Under the pieces are notes generated by a model. It saw nothing but the letters and a program-made list of their open reading frames with translations, did not search any database and was not told the origin of the DNA. DNA of 64,000 bases from Fistulifera solaris (taxonomy: Eukaryota), in the NCBI GenBank assembly GCA_030295235.1, contig AP026145.1, positions 682,001 through 746,000 on the forward strand. The letters are read 5' to 3'. Numbering within the stretch: the stretch's first letter is position 1; each line of letters opens with the position of its first letter. The translations under genes and the position numbers were made by a program. Of this stretch, positions 47,395-59,831 are shown one piece after another.

Positions 47395-48249
47395 ATGAAG
47401 ATCATTTTACGCGCCATTACCGCGCTCGTCCTCATAAGCTCGACGTTGGGCTTCCCCTGTCGACGACACGTGCTACGCAATCTACTACTAACAGTAGGGA
47501 TTCCCCCGGCAGCAGTAGCTTTCGAAAAGGACGTCACACTCGTCATGGAACGTCCCGGTGAAACCCTGGGTCTGGAATTGATCAATACACGAATCGGCAG
47601 TCGTTCCGTCGTGGCCATACAACGCATCATGAAACCCAACCCATCCTTACTTCCCGGCATGATTTTGAACGACTACGAATCGGCCGCACAAGTCCAAGAA
47701 CGATTGCGGACCGGACCGTATCCGGTAACACTGAAATTTACAAATTTGGCGGCAGGAGGAGATGCCATCTCGGATTTAGGTACGCCTTTGGTGACGGCGC
47801 AAGATGCCTTGCGGCTCGCGCAACAAACGGCGACAGATACTATTACGAGTGCTTACGAAAAGACGATTCTTCAAAAGACGACAAAGTGTTCGCTTCAATC
47901 ACGTCGGGGAGATGTTTTGGAAATCAAATACGAAGCACGGTTCCAATCACCCCAAGGACCCATCTACGATTCCTCGGAACGTCGCGGAACCGGTCGGCCC
48001 TACCAAATGGTCCTGGGATCGGGGGATATACTTGCCGGAGTCGATTTGGGATTGTACGATATGTGTCCCGGTGAAATACGGACTTTGCAAATACCACCCC
48101 CATTGGGATATGGTCCAAAGGGCAATAAGATGTTTCGCGTTCCACCCGATACGACGTTGTTCTGGAAGGTGCAATTGATGACCATTAACGGAATGGGTGT
48201 CGGTGATAATCGAAACCGTGAGGAAATGGAGCAACGCGTGTCCTATTGA
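47395..48249 (+). CDS. FKBP-type peptidyl-prolyl isomerase with N-terminal PDZ-like segment, probably thylakoid lumen
   Basis: Signal peptide plus twin-Arg-like CRRHVL...AVA; FKBP motifs GDVLEIKY, YDSS, MCPGEIRTLQIPPPLGYG and VPPDTTLFWKVQL. Confidence 0.88.
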   Translation: MKIILRAITALVLISSTLGFPCRRHVLRNLLLTVGIPPAAVAFEKDVTLVMERPGETLGLELINTRIGSRSVVAIQRIMKPNPSLLPGMILNDYESAAQVQERLRTGPYPVTLKFTNLAAGGDAISDLGTPLVTAQDALRLAQQTATDTITSAYEKTILQKTTKCSLQSRRGDVLEIKYEARFQSPQGPIYDSSERRGTGRPYQMVLGSGDILAGVDLGLYDMCPGEIRTLQIPPPLGYGPKGNKMFRVPPDTTLFWKVQLMTINGMGVGDNRNREEMEQRVSY

Positions 48250-48495
48250 TCTTCCGACTCATTGAAACTAACCGTGACTTTCGTGGTCACTCTAGGGGTT
48301 TATACAGGCAATTAGCCCAGAGTCGACGTGATTCTTATTATACAGATCATTTATAAGATCCCGTTACCAATTCTCTCTCAGCAACGCTATTCGAGCAAAG
48401 TACTGACGGAAGCAACGGGAAATAACAAATAATGAACTCAATTTCAGGCTTCCAAGAGAGTCCCATGAAACACCCGTGACTTTTTTTACTTTTGC

Positions 48496-49758
48496 TTAGC
48501 TAATTTTCCCTCGTTGTTCATAATGCTCTCGAATTTGTTGCAAATACACTTGCGCACGATCCGCCGGATCCATCTTTGGTTGTTGCTTCTTGTCCAATTG
48601 AATGGGCAAATTGACCAACACCGGAGAAGACATGGCTTCCGCCAATACCGTGACAAAGCCACTTTTTCCGTGGACTAATTTTTGACAATGCGACACGAGT
48701 TGCAATTCGGCCAAAATCGAGACCACTTCGTACGCGGGATCTTGGGACGGAATAAATCCTTCAAATCCCAGGGTCGTCCCCGTCGTACGCGGTCGATCCA
48801 AATAAATCCACTGTTGATCCTTTTTTAAGTAAAGTTCCACTTCCTCAATGGCCGAAGTATCGTCCGTTAACAAGACGACCGTTTCCCCGGGTTGCACACC
48901 ACCCGCCATTAAATATTCGTCCACAGCCGCATAGCGTCGACCTTTCCCAAAGGCAATATCCCCCCGTCGAACATGAATCGCTGTACATTTATGGTTGTTG
49001 TTGGAATGGACAAATTGTTGAATGTGCGCCGGTTGCGTCTCCCAATACGCTTGGACGTGTTGTCGTACCACATGTCGCACGCGAAAGGCATACGTTCGCA
49101 ACCATTGAAATTCTTGCAAGGCTTTTCCCGCCGTGGGTTTGCTGCCGCGCGGCGCATCGTTCCGTCCTTGTTCGGCCGGACACGGCGACAGTGGCAAATA
49201 AAAACAATTCATGTCGCGCGTTTCACAAAAAGCCCAATGGGATTCATCTTTCGGACTGAAATTCCAGTTGGCCGTCGCGTGTTGTAACGTGAGTTGAAAG
49301 GCGTGTTGGGATTGATAGGCGGCATAAAAACTGCGCGCGACCGCCATGAGTGCGGCCGCATAACCACTCGAGATTTGGGACAATTGCACTTGATGCTGAC
49401 ATTGTTGTTGCAGTTGGTGGAGTTGGTGATAGAATATGAGTTGCGGGGCGTCCGTGATGCGAGAAAAACACGTATGAGTTTGATTGTCGTACGCCAATGT
49501 CCAATCGTAATGACGCGTCCACCATTCATCCGTATTGTCCTGCCAGGTAGCACAACAGAGGGGATTGTGGTTGCTTTGGGAGCATGCCTCGAGGGCCGTT
49601 ATGGGATCGTCGTTCGTCCTTGCGTTCGGCTGGATCTCATTTTCTTTCCGCCGAGTTGTTGCGTGAAGGAAGGCAAACGAGTAAAAGGCCCACGCACCAA
49701 CGATGAGAGTGGCTAGTATTCGAGTTGGTGAGTATTTGCGGGGACGTGAGCGTTTCAT
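48496..49758 (-). CDS. Type II membrane glycosyltransferase, fucosyltransferase-like (GT23/FUT8-NodZ-like)
   Basis: N-terminal signal anchor; CTAIHVRRGD, VVLLTDD and LVSHCQKLVHGKSGF. Confidence 0.65.
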   Translation of the reverse strand: MKRSRPRKYSPTRILATLIVGAWAFYSFAFLHATTRRKENEIQPNARTNDDPITALEACSQSNHNPLCCATWQDNTDEWWTRHYDWTLAYDNQTHTCFSRITDAPQLIFYHQLHQLQQQCQHQVQLSQISSGYAAALMAVARSFYAAYQSQHAFQLTLQHATANWNFSPKDESHWAFCETRDMNCFYLPLSPCPAEQGRNDAPRGSKPTAGKALQEFQWLRTYAFRVRHVVRQHVQAYWETQPAHIQQFVHSNNNHKCTAIHVRRGDIAFGKGRRYAAVDEYLMAGGVQPGETVVLLTDDTSAIEEVELYLKKDQQWIYLDRPRTTGTTLGFEGFIPSQDPAYEVVSILAELQLVSHCQKLVHGKSGFVTVLAEAMSSPVLVNLPIQLDKKQQPKMDPADRAQVYLQQIREHYEQRGKIS

Positions 49759-50352
49759 CGTAAAAAATGAAGCGTCTCTGGCTCGTCGTCATGGTCATCC
49801 TTCATCGTGGTCATTCACGTTCGGTCGGCACACGAATATCTCAAATTCTGTTTAAGGCAATCAGTGCCGTGGCGACATTATTGTGACACACACATTGCTG
49901 GTCGCGCGTTGCGCGCGCACCGCAATCGGAAGGCAGTCTGTTGTCGTCCGTCATCGCTTCCGATCGCGGCTCCAGCCGCACAATGAAAAAAGATCTTTGT
50001 CGGTGTTGTTGCCATAAAGGATCGGTGTTTCTACGATTGAATGCATCTTTCCTTGATTGCATCTTTCCTTGCAAAGAAGATTGTTTGCTAAGTCGATAGA
50101 GTAACGTTTCAGCTTGTCAGCGTGTCAGCGAAAGTTTAAATAATTACACGACAAAATGAGGTGAGCCAACAATGCGACCCACTGGGAAGCTGGTTGCTTT
50201 GCGTCGCTCTTGCGAAGCGTCTTGCTACTATTAGTACGAAATATGAAATAATGGGAAACGAAAACAATGCATTCATTCGGATCGTAGTTAATTGCAAAAT
50301 TAGCTCACCATACGCGACAGTTGTCAATCCTCTCGTGTCGCTTGAAAACAAC

Positions 50353-52931
50353 ATGCCTCGCAATTCACCTCCTTCCTCTCACACAGCAATCTTCATCATT
50401 ACACAGCAACCACCATCACAAGAATGAACCCGATTACGGAGAATCCTTTGTTCCGGGAGCCGGTCCAGAACGGTTGGCACCCAAATCACTCGATCACTTT
50501 CAACGAGGACATCGAGAACGCGCCGAACACCGCGATAAGGAATGTTACACCCGTCGGGCGCCGCCGCAACCACGACGCGAAGATCGCAGCAACGAACGAC
50601 CGACCATCTTACAGGGATTCCATGTCCTCGAATGTTTGGATCGTTTGACGCATTTGGAGCAGGATCGTCGCAAAGTCTTTGCGGAACTGGATCGGGCACG
50701 TTCCCAGTACCCCGAACCCTTTGACAATGGCAAGGCCTTGACGGCCCTCATATCGTCGGCGGCCCGACGTCGCAATGTGCACATGGCGGGGATGATTTGG
50801 GCGTGGATGGATGTGGCCCACGTTGCGAAGAATACCTTTCATTACAATTCCATGATTTCGGCCACGGAAAAATCGCGCAATTATCGACAAGCCTTGGCGT
50901 TGTTGCGGGAAATGGAACAGCGGAATATTCCCAAAAATGAAGTCACGTAAGTAATTAGGGTGTGGATTGGGACTACATGGACTCGCCTTCGACGACTCAC
51001 GCGCGTTCGTTCATAGATTTTCGAGTGCCATTTCGGCGTGTGAAAAGTGCGGGGAATGGCGGACCGCATTGGATCTTTTGGATGGAATGGAACGGGAAGG
51101 GATCCAGCGGACGGCCATTGCGTACAACGCCGCCATTTCGGCCTGCGAAAAAGCCATGTTGCCACAGAAAGCCTGCGATGTCTTTCGACGCATGAAACGC
51201 GAAGGGATCAAACCGTCGGTCGTCAGCTATTCGGCTTTGATTTCGGCAGCCGAAAAGGGTGGACAGTGGAAGCTGGCCTTGGAGATATTGGAAGAAATGA
51301 AGGCGGAAGGATACCACGGCAATGTCGTGGCGTATTCGGCGGCCATTTCGGCTTTGGCCAAAGGTCAGCAGTGGCAGTTGGCCTTGTCGTTGTTTCGTGA
51401 AGTGCAAGCGTGTGGTGGGCAACCTTCAATTGTGACATACAATGCCACCATGACGGCGTTGGAAAAAAGTCTCGAATGGGAGCGCGCTCTCGACATGTTC
51501 GACGAAATGAAATCTCGCAATCTACCGATTACGGTGGTCAGTTACGGGAGTTGCATTAGCGCCTGCGATAAAGGCTTGCAATACCGGCAATGCTTGGAGT
51601 ATCTCGACGAAATGACGGAAATGGGCATTCCGAAGAATGTCATTATTTTTGGTGCGGCCATGTCATGCATGGAAAAATGCTGCCGGGCCGATATTGGCTT
51701 CCAGTTGATGGAACGCATGCGCATTGAAGGCATTCAACCCAACGTGCACGTTTACAATAGTGCGATTAGTGCTTGTGCACGAAGCAATTTGTGGGAAAAG
51801 GGATACGAGCTGTTTCGAGAAATGGATGAGGTTGGTGTGAAGAAAGATGTCGTGACGTACAATGCCATTCTGGATGCCGTTTGTTCGCAAATCAAGCTCG
51901 GGCGCACTTTGTTCGAAGAAGGAGTACGAAAAGGCTTTTACGCACGCGTTTCTCGTCTGGGAGAGCAGTGGTTCGAGTTGGATCTTCACTTTTTGTCTCT
52001 GGGAGGTGGAGAAATCGCTCTCGGGTGGTGGTTTGAGGAATGCCTCGTGCCCTACTTGATGAATACGGAACGCCTGAAAGCTGTCAATTCAATTTCGATT
52101 GTTACCGGCTACGGCAAGACCCGCACTCGTGGCCGTCGCTTTGGAGATGACGGCATGCGTAAGAGATGCAAAGCTATGCTTGGTTTTATGAATATCAAGG
52201 AAGTGGACCAAGCAAATGCTGGTCGCATTCACATTGACAAGGATGCGTTGATCGAAGAGGCTAACAAGAACGGAGGCAAAATCATATTTGATCTGGATGG
52301 ATACTTGCAGTGGAAAGAAACCGAAACCACTGCCAATGTCGTTCCGGATACGGTTCAGAAAATTCGACCCCGTTTCAAGCCTGCTGTACCGGGATCGGGT
52401 GGTCCTCCGTTCATTCGAATTGAAACGGAGCTGACCTCACCGGAATACCGACTCGAAAATGCGGAACAGAATACGTATACGGATCATCCCGTCCCTGAAG
52501 AGCCGTACCATGACGAGGCTCGTCCACCTCATTACGCTGGAAGAGATTACATGAATAATATTTCCGAGGATACATACCATGACGAATATGCCGGTCACGA
52601 GCCGTATGAAGGCAACTTGGACCAGAAACGAACACGTGACGATCCCTATGACAATGGCCGTGACAACCGAACGTATGACGACTCCCGCGGACGGTACGAT
52701 CGGCGAGATCCTAAGAGGTCACGGTACGAGGATGGACCCTATCGGGGCAGAGGCGGCGGAAGGTTTGGCGGCCGACGGGGCCGGGGTGGTCCACGCCGTG
52801 ACAATTATCATGACAATTGGCGTGGTCCCGATCGTTCGGCGCAGGACAGAGGTGCCTACGATAGAGACCAATCCGATACCCGACAGGATCCACAGCCACA
52901 GCCTTCCAACAACAGAGGGTATAGGCTTTAA
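50353..52931 (+). CDS. Pentatricopeptide-repeat protein with Smr domain and RGG tail; 5' end ambiguous; intron about 50947-51016
   Basis: Tandem 35-aa repeats (YNAAISAC, YSALISAA, YNATMTAL); Smr-like LDLHFLS...ISIVTGYG; C-terminal RGRGGGRFGGRRGRGG. Confidence 0.9.
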
Positions 52932-53612
52932 AGAGAGTAATACAGTAATTAGTCGAATGGGTATAACGTTTTAATGGTTCTTATTCGTCCGATGTTAGTT
53001 TCGTCGCACAGTAATTCTCCTACTCCGGAGTGTTCTGCTTTGTAGGCTAGTCTAGGCTAAAAGCTAGGCTAGTGAGAGCTATTTGCCCGGTCGGACGTCC
53101 GAGCGAGACTGCTTCGTTGAGAGTGCGCGGCGGCGCGGTGCGAGCTATCGCACTGGTACTTGAGGTTATTTTCCAGTAGAGATTTGATACGCGTGCATCG
53201 CGTCTTCACTTGATAGTCGGAGTAGACCACTAAATCTGGCTGCCCTAAGATCGATTAATACTTAGATGAGACTCGAAATTTCATTTAGAAGATAGTACAT
53301 ACAACCGATACAAGTATGTACCAGTGAAAAACAGTAGCACGCCGGTCACGCACAAATAAGTCTTGTAAACGGACGGCGAACGTTCTTTGCGGAAATTGCC
53401 CCCGCCCAACAGAACGGAAAATGAGCACATTCCGATCAATGATGATGATTGCTGTTTGTCCTAAATTCAGATCAGTTAAAAGATATTCTTTTTGTCTCTC
53501 GAAAGATCTTCTTTCATTTTCCTTGAATTGAAGTAGAAGCAGCAGAGAGTGAACATCGCCGCCCCCGTTTGTTGACACACTCGTTTTTTGAAGTCGCTTT
53601 CAACCTTTGACG

Positions 53613-55019
53613 ATGACATCTTTGGAGAAACGCCGGCGGCGTCCCATTCCACGGACGGTTCCTCGTAAATGGACCGATCGATTGACGATAGATGAGATTC
53701 GACGTGCTCTTCCAGCCGATGATCACAGTGATACGGCTTCGGAGTTGAGCGTAGGGACACCGAATTCGATTCATATTCACAATGCGTACTCGTTGTCACG
53801 CGATCTTTCGGATCTCAGTGGCTCGCATGCACCATCTTCATGGCATCAAGCGCATATTCTTTCGAGTCGAGAGCCGTTGCATCCCCAGCCTCCTCCCGAT
53901 GGTGATGATAGTGTACGGATGGGGAAATCGTTGGTAATGGAAAGCGTTGACAGGATCGAAGTTATCCAGCAGGACATTCGCGGCCCCGACTTTTGTCCCA
54001 TCATTATTCTTTTGATGGATCCAGGTTCCAAAATTTACGAGTTGATGCAGTTATGGATTGATGCGCAGTTTGACACCGTCCGTGATGTCTTGCATTCCAT
54101 CCAAAGCAATGTGGGAGAACGATGGCGACAAGATTACGATGGAATGTTGCAATGGCGCAATCAGCAGTGGAATCCCTTCACGGTCCGCCAGGTACATCCG
54201 TTCGAGCTTATCGTGGCCAAGCCGTGGTCGATGCCGGCTCCCAACACAATCACGTACGCGAGCGCTGCTTTGCAACGTTTCCTGCAACTGGGAGTCTTCC
54301 AGACAGTGGAGCCATCCAGAATCCCGTCAACATCTTCGAACCAGGCCGAATCGTACGTACGCCTCAGTCCTCGAGCGCAATCGCGCATTCATATTATGGG
54401 AGAAGTGTTCCAGCATCATCATGCGTGTCAGTTTTTGTCCTTTTCACCGCCTTTCGAAGAACCAGCGGTCGAAGTTCGTGTCGATGTTTTGGGAACGGAC
54501 GCTTCGTGTACTTCGAACGACGTGCCAGTGGCGACGGTGTTTACGGCACAGCGCGAATCACCGACGACGTTAGAACGAGTCGAAGCATTACAGACTATTA
54601 TTCCTAATAATAATGCCGACAAGAAGAATGAAATCTCACGAACGCCCGAAACTGTCCCCTGCAGCGAAAGTGTATTTCAACAACCAATAGACGACTCGGA
54701 AGAAGAAAGATTCATCGAGCAATTTGACACGGAAGAACCCATTCGAAAATTTCGTAAGCACCCGCGCCGTCGTCGATTCAAAGATGTGATTGAACTGTTC
54801 AAGTGCAAACCCTGCCGCTTTGAGCAGGATATGGAATCCAGTCAACGTACATTATGGCTGGATCAAACCCCTTCCTATCGAGATGCCGAACGTCCACTCT
54901 GGGAAAGTGTATGGGAGTTTGATGGCAGTATGTCGGTCGTATCGGAGAGTGAACCATTGCTCTTCAGCGACTCGTCTGACGGGGCGTACCGGTTGGAACT
55001 GTATCGCTGCGAAATATAG
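53613..55019 (+). CDS. Hypothetical protein
   Basis: ORF of about 470 aa with a central globular-looking segment IIILLMDPGSKIYELMQLW. Confidence 0.7.
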   Translation: MTSLEKRRRRPIPRTVPRKWTDRLTIDEIRRALPADDHSDTASELSVGTPNSIHIHNAYSLSRDLSDLSGSHAPSSWHQAHILSSREPLHPQPPPDGDDSVRMGKSLVMESVDRIEVIQQDIRGPDFCPIIILLMDPGSKIYELMQLWIDAQFDTVRDVLHSIQSNVGERWRQDYDGMLQWRNQQWNPFTVRQVHPFELIVAKPWSMPAPNTITYASAALQRFLQLGVFQTVEPSRIPSTSSNQAESYVRLSPRAQSRIHIMGEVFQHHHACQFLSFSPPFEEPAVEVRVDVLGTDASCTSNDVPVATVFTAQRESPTTLERVEALQTIIPNNNADKKNEISRTPETVPCSESVFQQPIDDSEEERFIEQFDTEEPIRKFRKHPRRRRFKDVIELFKCKPCRFEQDMESSQRTLWLDQTPSYRDAERPLWESVWEFDGSMSVVSESEPLLFSDSSDGAYRLELYRCEI

Positions 55020-55089
55020 ACTGGTGAAAGAAGAAAACCAACATTAATTTGTAATGAATACCTGTATGCATAACTAGACCTATGGCACT

Positions 55090-56834
55090 TCAATATCCAT
55101 CCTTGGAAACGTTTTCATACGTATCATCATCGTTGACGTCTTCGTCGTCGGTGCCAAAGACATGATCGATATCGGTGCTATTGTCGAGAAAGTGGAGCGC
55201 CGCTTGTAAAGTAACTAAAGCGTAGCCTTCTCGTCCTCGGAGCAGCTGCTCGTCACGAGCAAACTCCTCCAGAAAGGTGATTTCGGCATGCAATTCTGCG
55301 GCATGAAGACTCATACAGATCCAAAGGTGTTGACACACCATCTGTAGCAACGACTCGGCCGACAATAATTGACCATCCATCGCAGCAAAATGTTCGGAAA
55401 TATGTTGCAGAAATTGCACACAGTGCGTCAACTTGTCGGCGGTGGTATGACACTGCGGAAGCTGTCGAATCGCTGCCAAGGCCGCCTGTGACACATTCTT
55501 TTCGAGTTTGGACGGGATTTTGTCCGAAACAAACACATGAGTTCCGTTCTCGTCGTATTCTAACAAATTAAATTGAGTGACTTTCTGTTTCAAAGCTTCA
55601 TCTTGCTCCGCGGTTTCCACCCGAATTTCGTCCCAGACGAGCGTATAAATCTGACCCAACACCAGAGTCTCCACCGCGGATGCCGTCCGTTCCGTCAAAT
55701 ACGGCGAAGCCGAGAATTCGGCCCGCACTTGGAGAAGAGTGGCGGTGATATGCTTGATGATGGCGTGCGCATCATCGCGGCGAAACCGTCCCGCCGCGGA
55801 AGCACGCTCCGTACATCGGTCCCGAAAGGCTTGAATCAAGGCACGGTACATGTGGCCGGGAAGACTCGTTTTGTCATTCAAGAGGCGACTCACCAACAAC
55901 AAGACTTTTTCCTCCGTCGGAATCTCCTCTTCGGCGGTTTTGATTATGTCGACATCCCGATGATACCGGGAACGGTCGTCCTTGGGCCGACTGGCGTACG
56001 CTTGTGCCGTGATAGTGTCCCAGATTGGATCGATTTGTATATTCGGACGCACCAACAGAATCTTTTGACCCATCCCTTCTCCCATGGTCAAAATGCGTTG
56101 TCGTTGGCGTTCTTGAATTTGTCGCGCCGTCAAACTTCCCGTGGCCATGCCCGCGACCAAGACACCGACACTGACGGAACTTTCTGCCAAGATACCGACG
56201 GCCCCCGCCATGGCCATGGCCGGACCGGCCACCAACGCAAGGCCAGCGACACCACCCGCAATGCCTCCGACGACCAATGCCGTGGTTCCGAGGCGCGATT
56301 CCTCCCCACATCGACATAACTACTGTCATCGGTAGTATCGTGTTTGCGAAATTGTTCCAGAATGTGTTCTTGCAACACGCGTGCGACACTCGAAAATTGA
56401 TGATGCAGTGACTGGTTGTTGCCTTTGGTCGTCTCGGAATGCAACGAAAGTGACTTGCCAATGGCATCCTTTACATTGGAAAAGGCTCTCGTTAGATGAT
56501 GATCCTTGTTCTCCGACACTGCTGGTTGGTGTGTCATCTTCGGTTCTATTCTCCCATGGACTTTCGTGGCATTTACGGGGCAGACATCCTTCCATACAGA
56601 AGACATGGCACACACACGATGCGCCATGGCACCACACGCGACACACACGACTTGCGCGGCCCCACCAAAGGTTTGGAACCGTTCGTGACAACACGCACAT
56701 TTTTTTAACGCCGATAGCAGGTGAAAGTGCACGGGCTGAAAGGAATGCAAATGATGGGGATGACAACAGATACCGGTTAGTTCCATGGTTCGTATCGTTT
56801 GCCACGCCGCTGCAGTTTCCTCGCCGTCACTCAT
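55090..56834 (-). CDS. VPS9-domain (Rab5 GEF-like) protein with N-terminal C1-type zinc finger; frameshift at 56304-56307
   Basis: C1-like HSF...CACC...CVACGAMAHRVC...C; Gly/Ala-rich hydrophobic stretch; VPS9-like TTADKLTHC...LSAESLL...GREGYALVTLQAALHF. Confidence 0.75.
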
Positions 56835-57369
56835 TGTTTCATCGATGCATTCTGTAATGAAAATATTCAATCTTTCAAGTCGAATCGGTGGAAGGAAGAG
56901 AATGTTGTTGACTATTATTCTGTTTCGTGAAACGACGAAAAAATAGAAGCGGTATGCCGTCCTCGCCACGAAGGGAAACTACTCGTAGGGATAGGGCTCA
57001 TTATGACGTCTATAACGTGTCTGGACTGGAAAGTGCAACGACGGAAAAGCCAACGTCATGCATCGCGCACGTCGCCGCCATGCGCAGTGTCATTGCGGTG
57101 ACGACCATTTGGTTGGGGTACACTTACAGGTACTGTCACTCCTCAGTACTGCTTCGTTCTATACTCCGTCCTTCGTCCGCATAATTTTTTTGGCACTTTC
57201 ATCGCGACACAAGAAACAAACGTCAGTCGAGAGATGACAACACACCACACAAAAAAAAAGGAAACACGTACGTCGTCGAACAGAGATAAGATCCTCCGTG
57301 TGCGGCTAATACCAACAAACTCGTTCTTTGGTTTGCGCCATTTTCTGTTTTATTGATTAACGAACAACC

Positions 57370-59589
57370 ATGAAGTTCTCGTCCATTGCCGTTACTGCCA
57401 TACTATTTGCCGCGAAAGCGGAAAGCCTTTGCGGGGCCACAGATGAAACCCCGCTTCGCGGTGCAAGCCCTCAAGAGCACCGCCGCCGTCGAAGTCGACA
57501 AGATGGCCGCCTTGGCCACCGCGGCCGATGAATCGCGTGGTTTGGCGATGGATTCCATTGCGGCCGCCCATTCCGGTCACATGGGTTTGCCACTCGGTGC
57601 TGCCGAAATTGGTGCCGTCTTGTGGGGATCGCAGGTGCGTTCAACTGAAGAAGAAAAGATAAAAGACGGTGAATCTCTGGTTTGGTTCTCTCTCTCACAC
57701 ACACTCTCTCTCTTTTCTCTCGTAGATGACATACAACCCCGCCGATCCGACGTGGGTCAACCGCGATCGCTTCATTTTGTCGGCCGGCCACGGATCCATG
57801 TTTGTCTACTCGTGGTTGAACTTGGCCGGCTACGACTTGCCCATGGACGAATTGAAGCGATTCCGTCAACACCATTCCATGACACCCGGTCATCCCGAAT
57901 TCCCCAACTCGGAACACAACACGCCCGGAATTGAAAGTACGACCGGTCCGCTCGGGCAGGGTGTTTCCAACGCTGTGGGCTTTGCCGCCTCGGCCAAAAT
58001 GGCCGAAGCCGTCTACAACACGGCCGACCACAAGATCTTTGATCATCACATCTTCACGTTGGCCGGGGATGGTTGCTTCCAAGAAGGTGTTTCGGCCGAA
58101 GCGGCCGCCTTTGCGGCACACGAAAAGCTCGACAACTTGATTGTCATGTACGATGCCAACGAAGTCACTCTCGACAAGATGGCCGAATACACGCAATCCG
58201 AGGACATTCTCAAGCGTTACGAAGCCTACGGATGGGAAGTTTACGACATTGACGGACACGATCTCGAATTGGTCGAAAAGACCATTGCTGCCGCCAAGGC
58301 CAGTGACAATGGCAAGCCCAAGTTCATCAAATGCAATACCATCATTGGGAAGGGCATGGAGGAGACGGAAGGTACCAACGCCGCGCACGGTGAAGCCGGT
58401 GTGCCGTATGTGGATAACGCCAAAAAGAACATTGGATTGCCCGACGGAGAAAAGTGGTATGTCAGTCAGGGGAACCCGCGATTTCTTCAAGCAAGTTCAA
58501 GAAACCAACAAGGCCAAGTACGACGAATGGCAAAAGACGTATGGTGCTTGGAAGGAGGCCAACCCGGCCCTCGCCAAGCAATTGGAAGACGCCGTGGCGG
58601 ACAATGTCATGTCGCCGGAAGACATGATTGAAAAGATCCCCGCCTTGGAATCGGGTGCCGAAGCCACTCGTGTCTCTCAAAACAAGGCCATTCAACACAT
58701 TGCCAAGTTGGTTCCTCACTACGTCTCGGGATCGGCCGATTTGCACGGATCGTGCCGTAACTACATCAACGACGGAGGAAACTTTGGTGCCGGCTTTGAC
58801 AAGAGCTACGCCGGCCGCAACTTGTACTTTGGTATCCGCGAACACGCCATGGGATCCATCATGAACGGATTCGCGTATCACGGTCTTTTCAAGATTTCCG
58901 GGTCGACCTTTTTGGTGTTTGTGGACTACATGCGTGCCACACTCCGTGTGGCTTCGTTGGCCGAACTCAACCGTGTGTCGTACATTTTGACCCACGACTC
59001 GATTGGTGTTGGTGAGGATGGTCCTACGCACCAGCCCGTCGAAACGGTCTCGGGTCTTCGTGTCATTCCCAACTTGGATGTCTTCCGACCGGGTGATGCC
59101 GAAGAAACGGTCGCCTCGATGATCCATTCCGTCACGCGCAAGGAGGGTCCGGTGGCCTTGATTTATTCTCGTCAAAATGTCAACCAAATCCCCAACATGG
59201 ATTACAAGGAGGTTCGCAAGGGTGCGCTCAAGGGAGCGTATGTGGTCAAGAAGGAAGAAGGTGACTTGGATATTATCATTATCGCCACAGGTTCGGAACT
59301 CCAACACGCCATTGCCGCCGCCAAGGACATGCCCAACGCCCGCGTTGTGTCCATGCCCTGCATGGAACTCTTTGAGCGCCAATCGGATGACTACAAGGAA
59401 TCCGTACTACCCTCCACGTGCACCAAGCGCATTGCCATGGAAGCCGGTGTGACCGGTTTGTGGTACAAGTACGCCAGCAAGGTGATTGGTACGGACAAGT
59501 TCGGCATGTCGGCGCCCGGTGATATTGTCATGAAGGAATTCGGTATGACCGCCGAGAATCTTGCGGCCGAAATTGCTGCCATGAATTAA
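57370..59589 (+). CDS. TKT: Plastid transketolase; intron 57635-57725; two 1-nt frameshifts (57422-57424, 58469-58472)
   Basis: [45 protein letters not shown] and [16 protein letters not shown]. The presequence [22 protein letters not shown] is restored by removing one A. Confidence 0.97.
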
Positions 59590-59831
59590 CTAAATAATAG
59601 TCATTTGTAGAACACTACTACTGGAATGAGTGTAGTTTAGGAGAGGAGGGATTCGTTGTGTGGCTTTTGTAATTTGTAAGTCACCTAGCTGTCGGTCTGG
59701 CCTTCGTTCGGGCATGACAACATTACATTATTTTTTCTTTCGCACGTCTTTTTCGTCTTTGTTGCCTTTGATGATTCATTCATTTTTCATAAGACACTTG
59801 ATTGTTTCTATTGCATAACTAACTCAGATTC

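Noticed and set aside
57686..57722. (CT)n/(CA)n microsatellite
   Set aside because: Ordinary polypyrimidine tract inside the transketolase intron.
57471..59382. Long antisense ORFs (339 aa and 306 aa) opposite transketolase
   Set aside because: Shadow ORFs produced by the strong C/G third-position codon bias of a highly expressed gene; no motifs.
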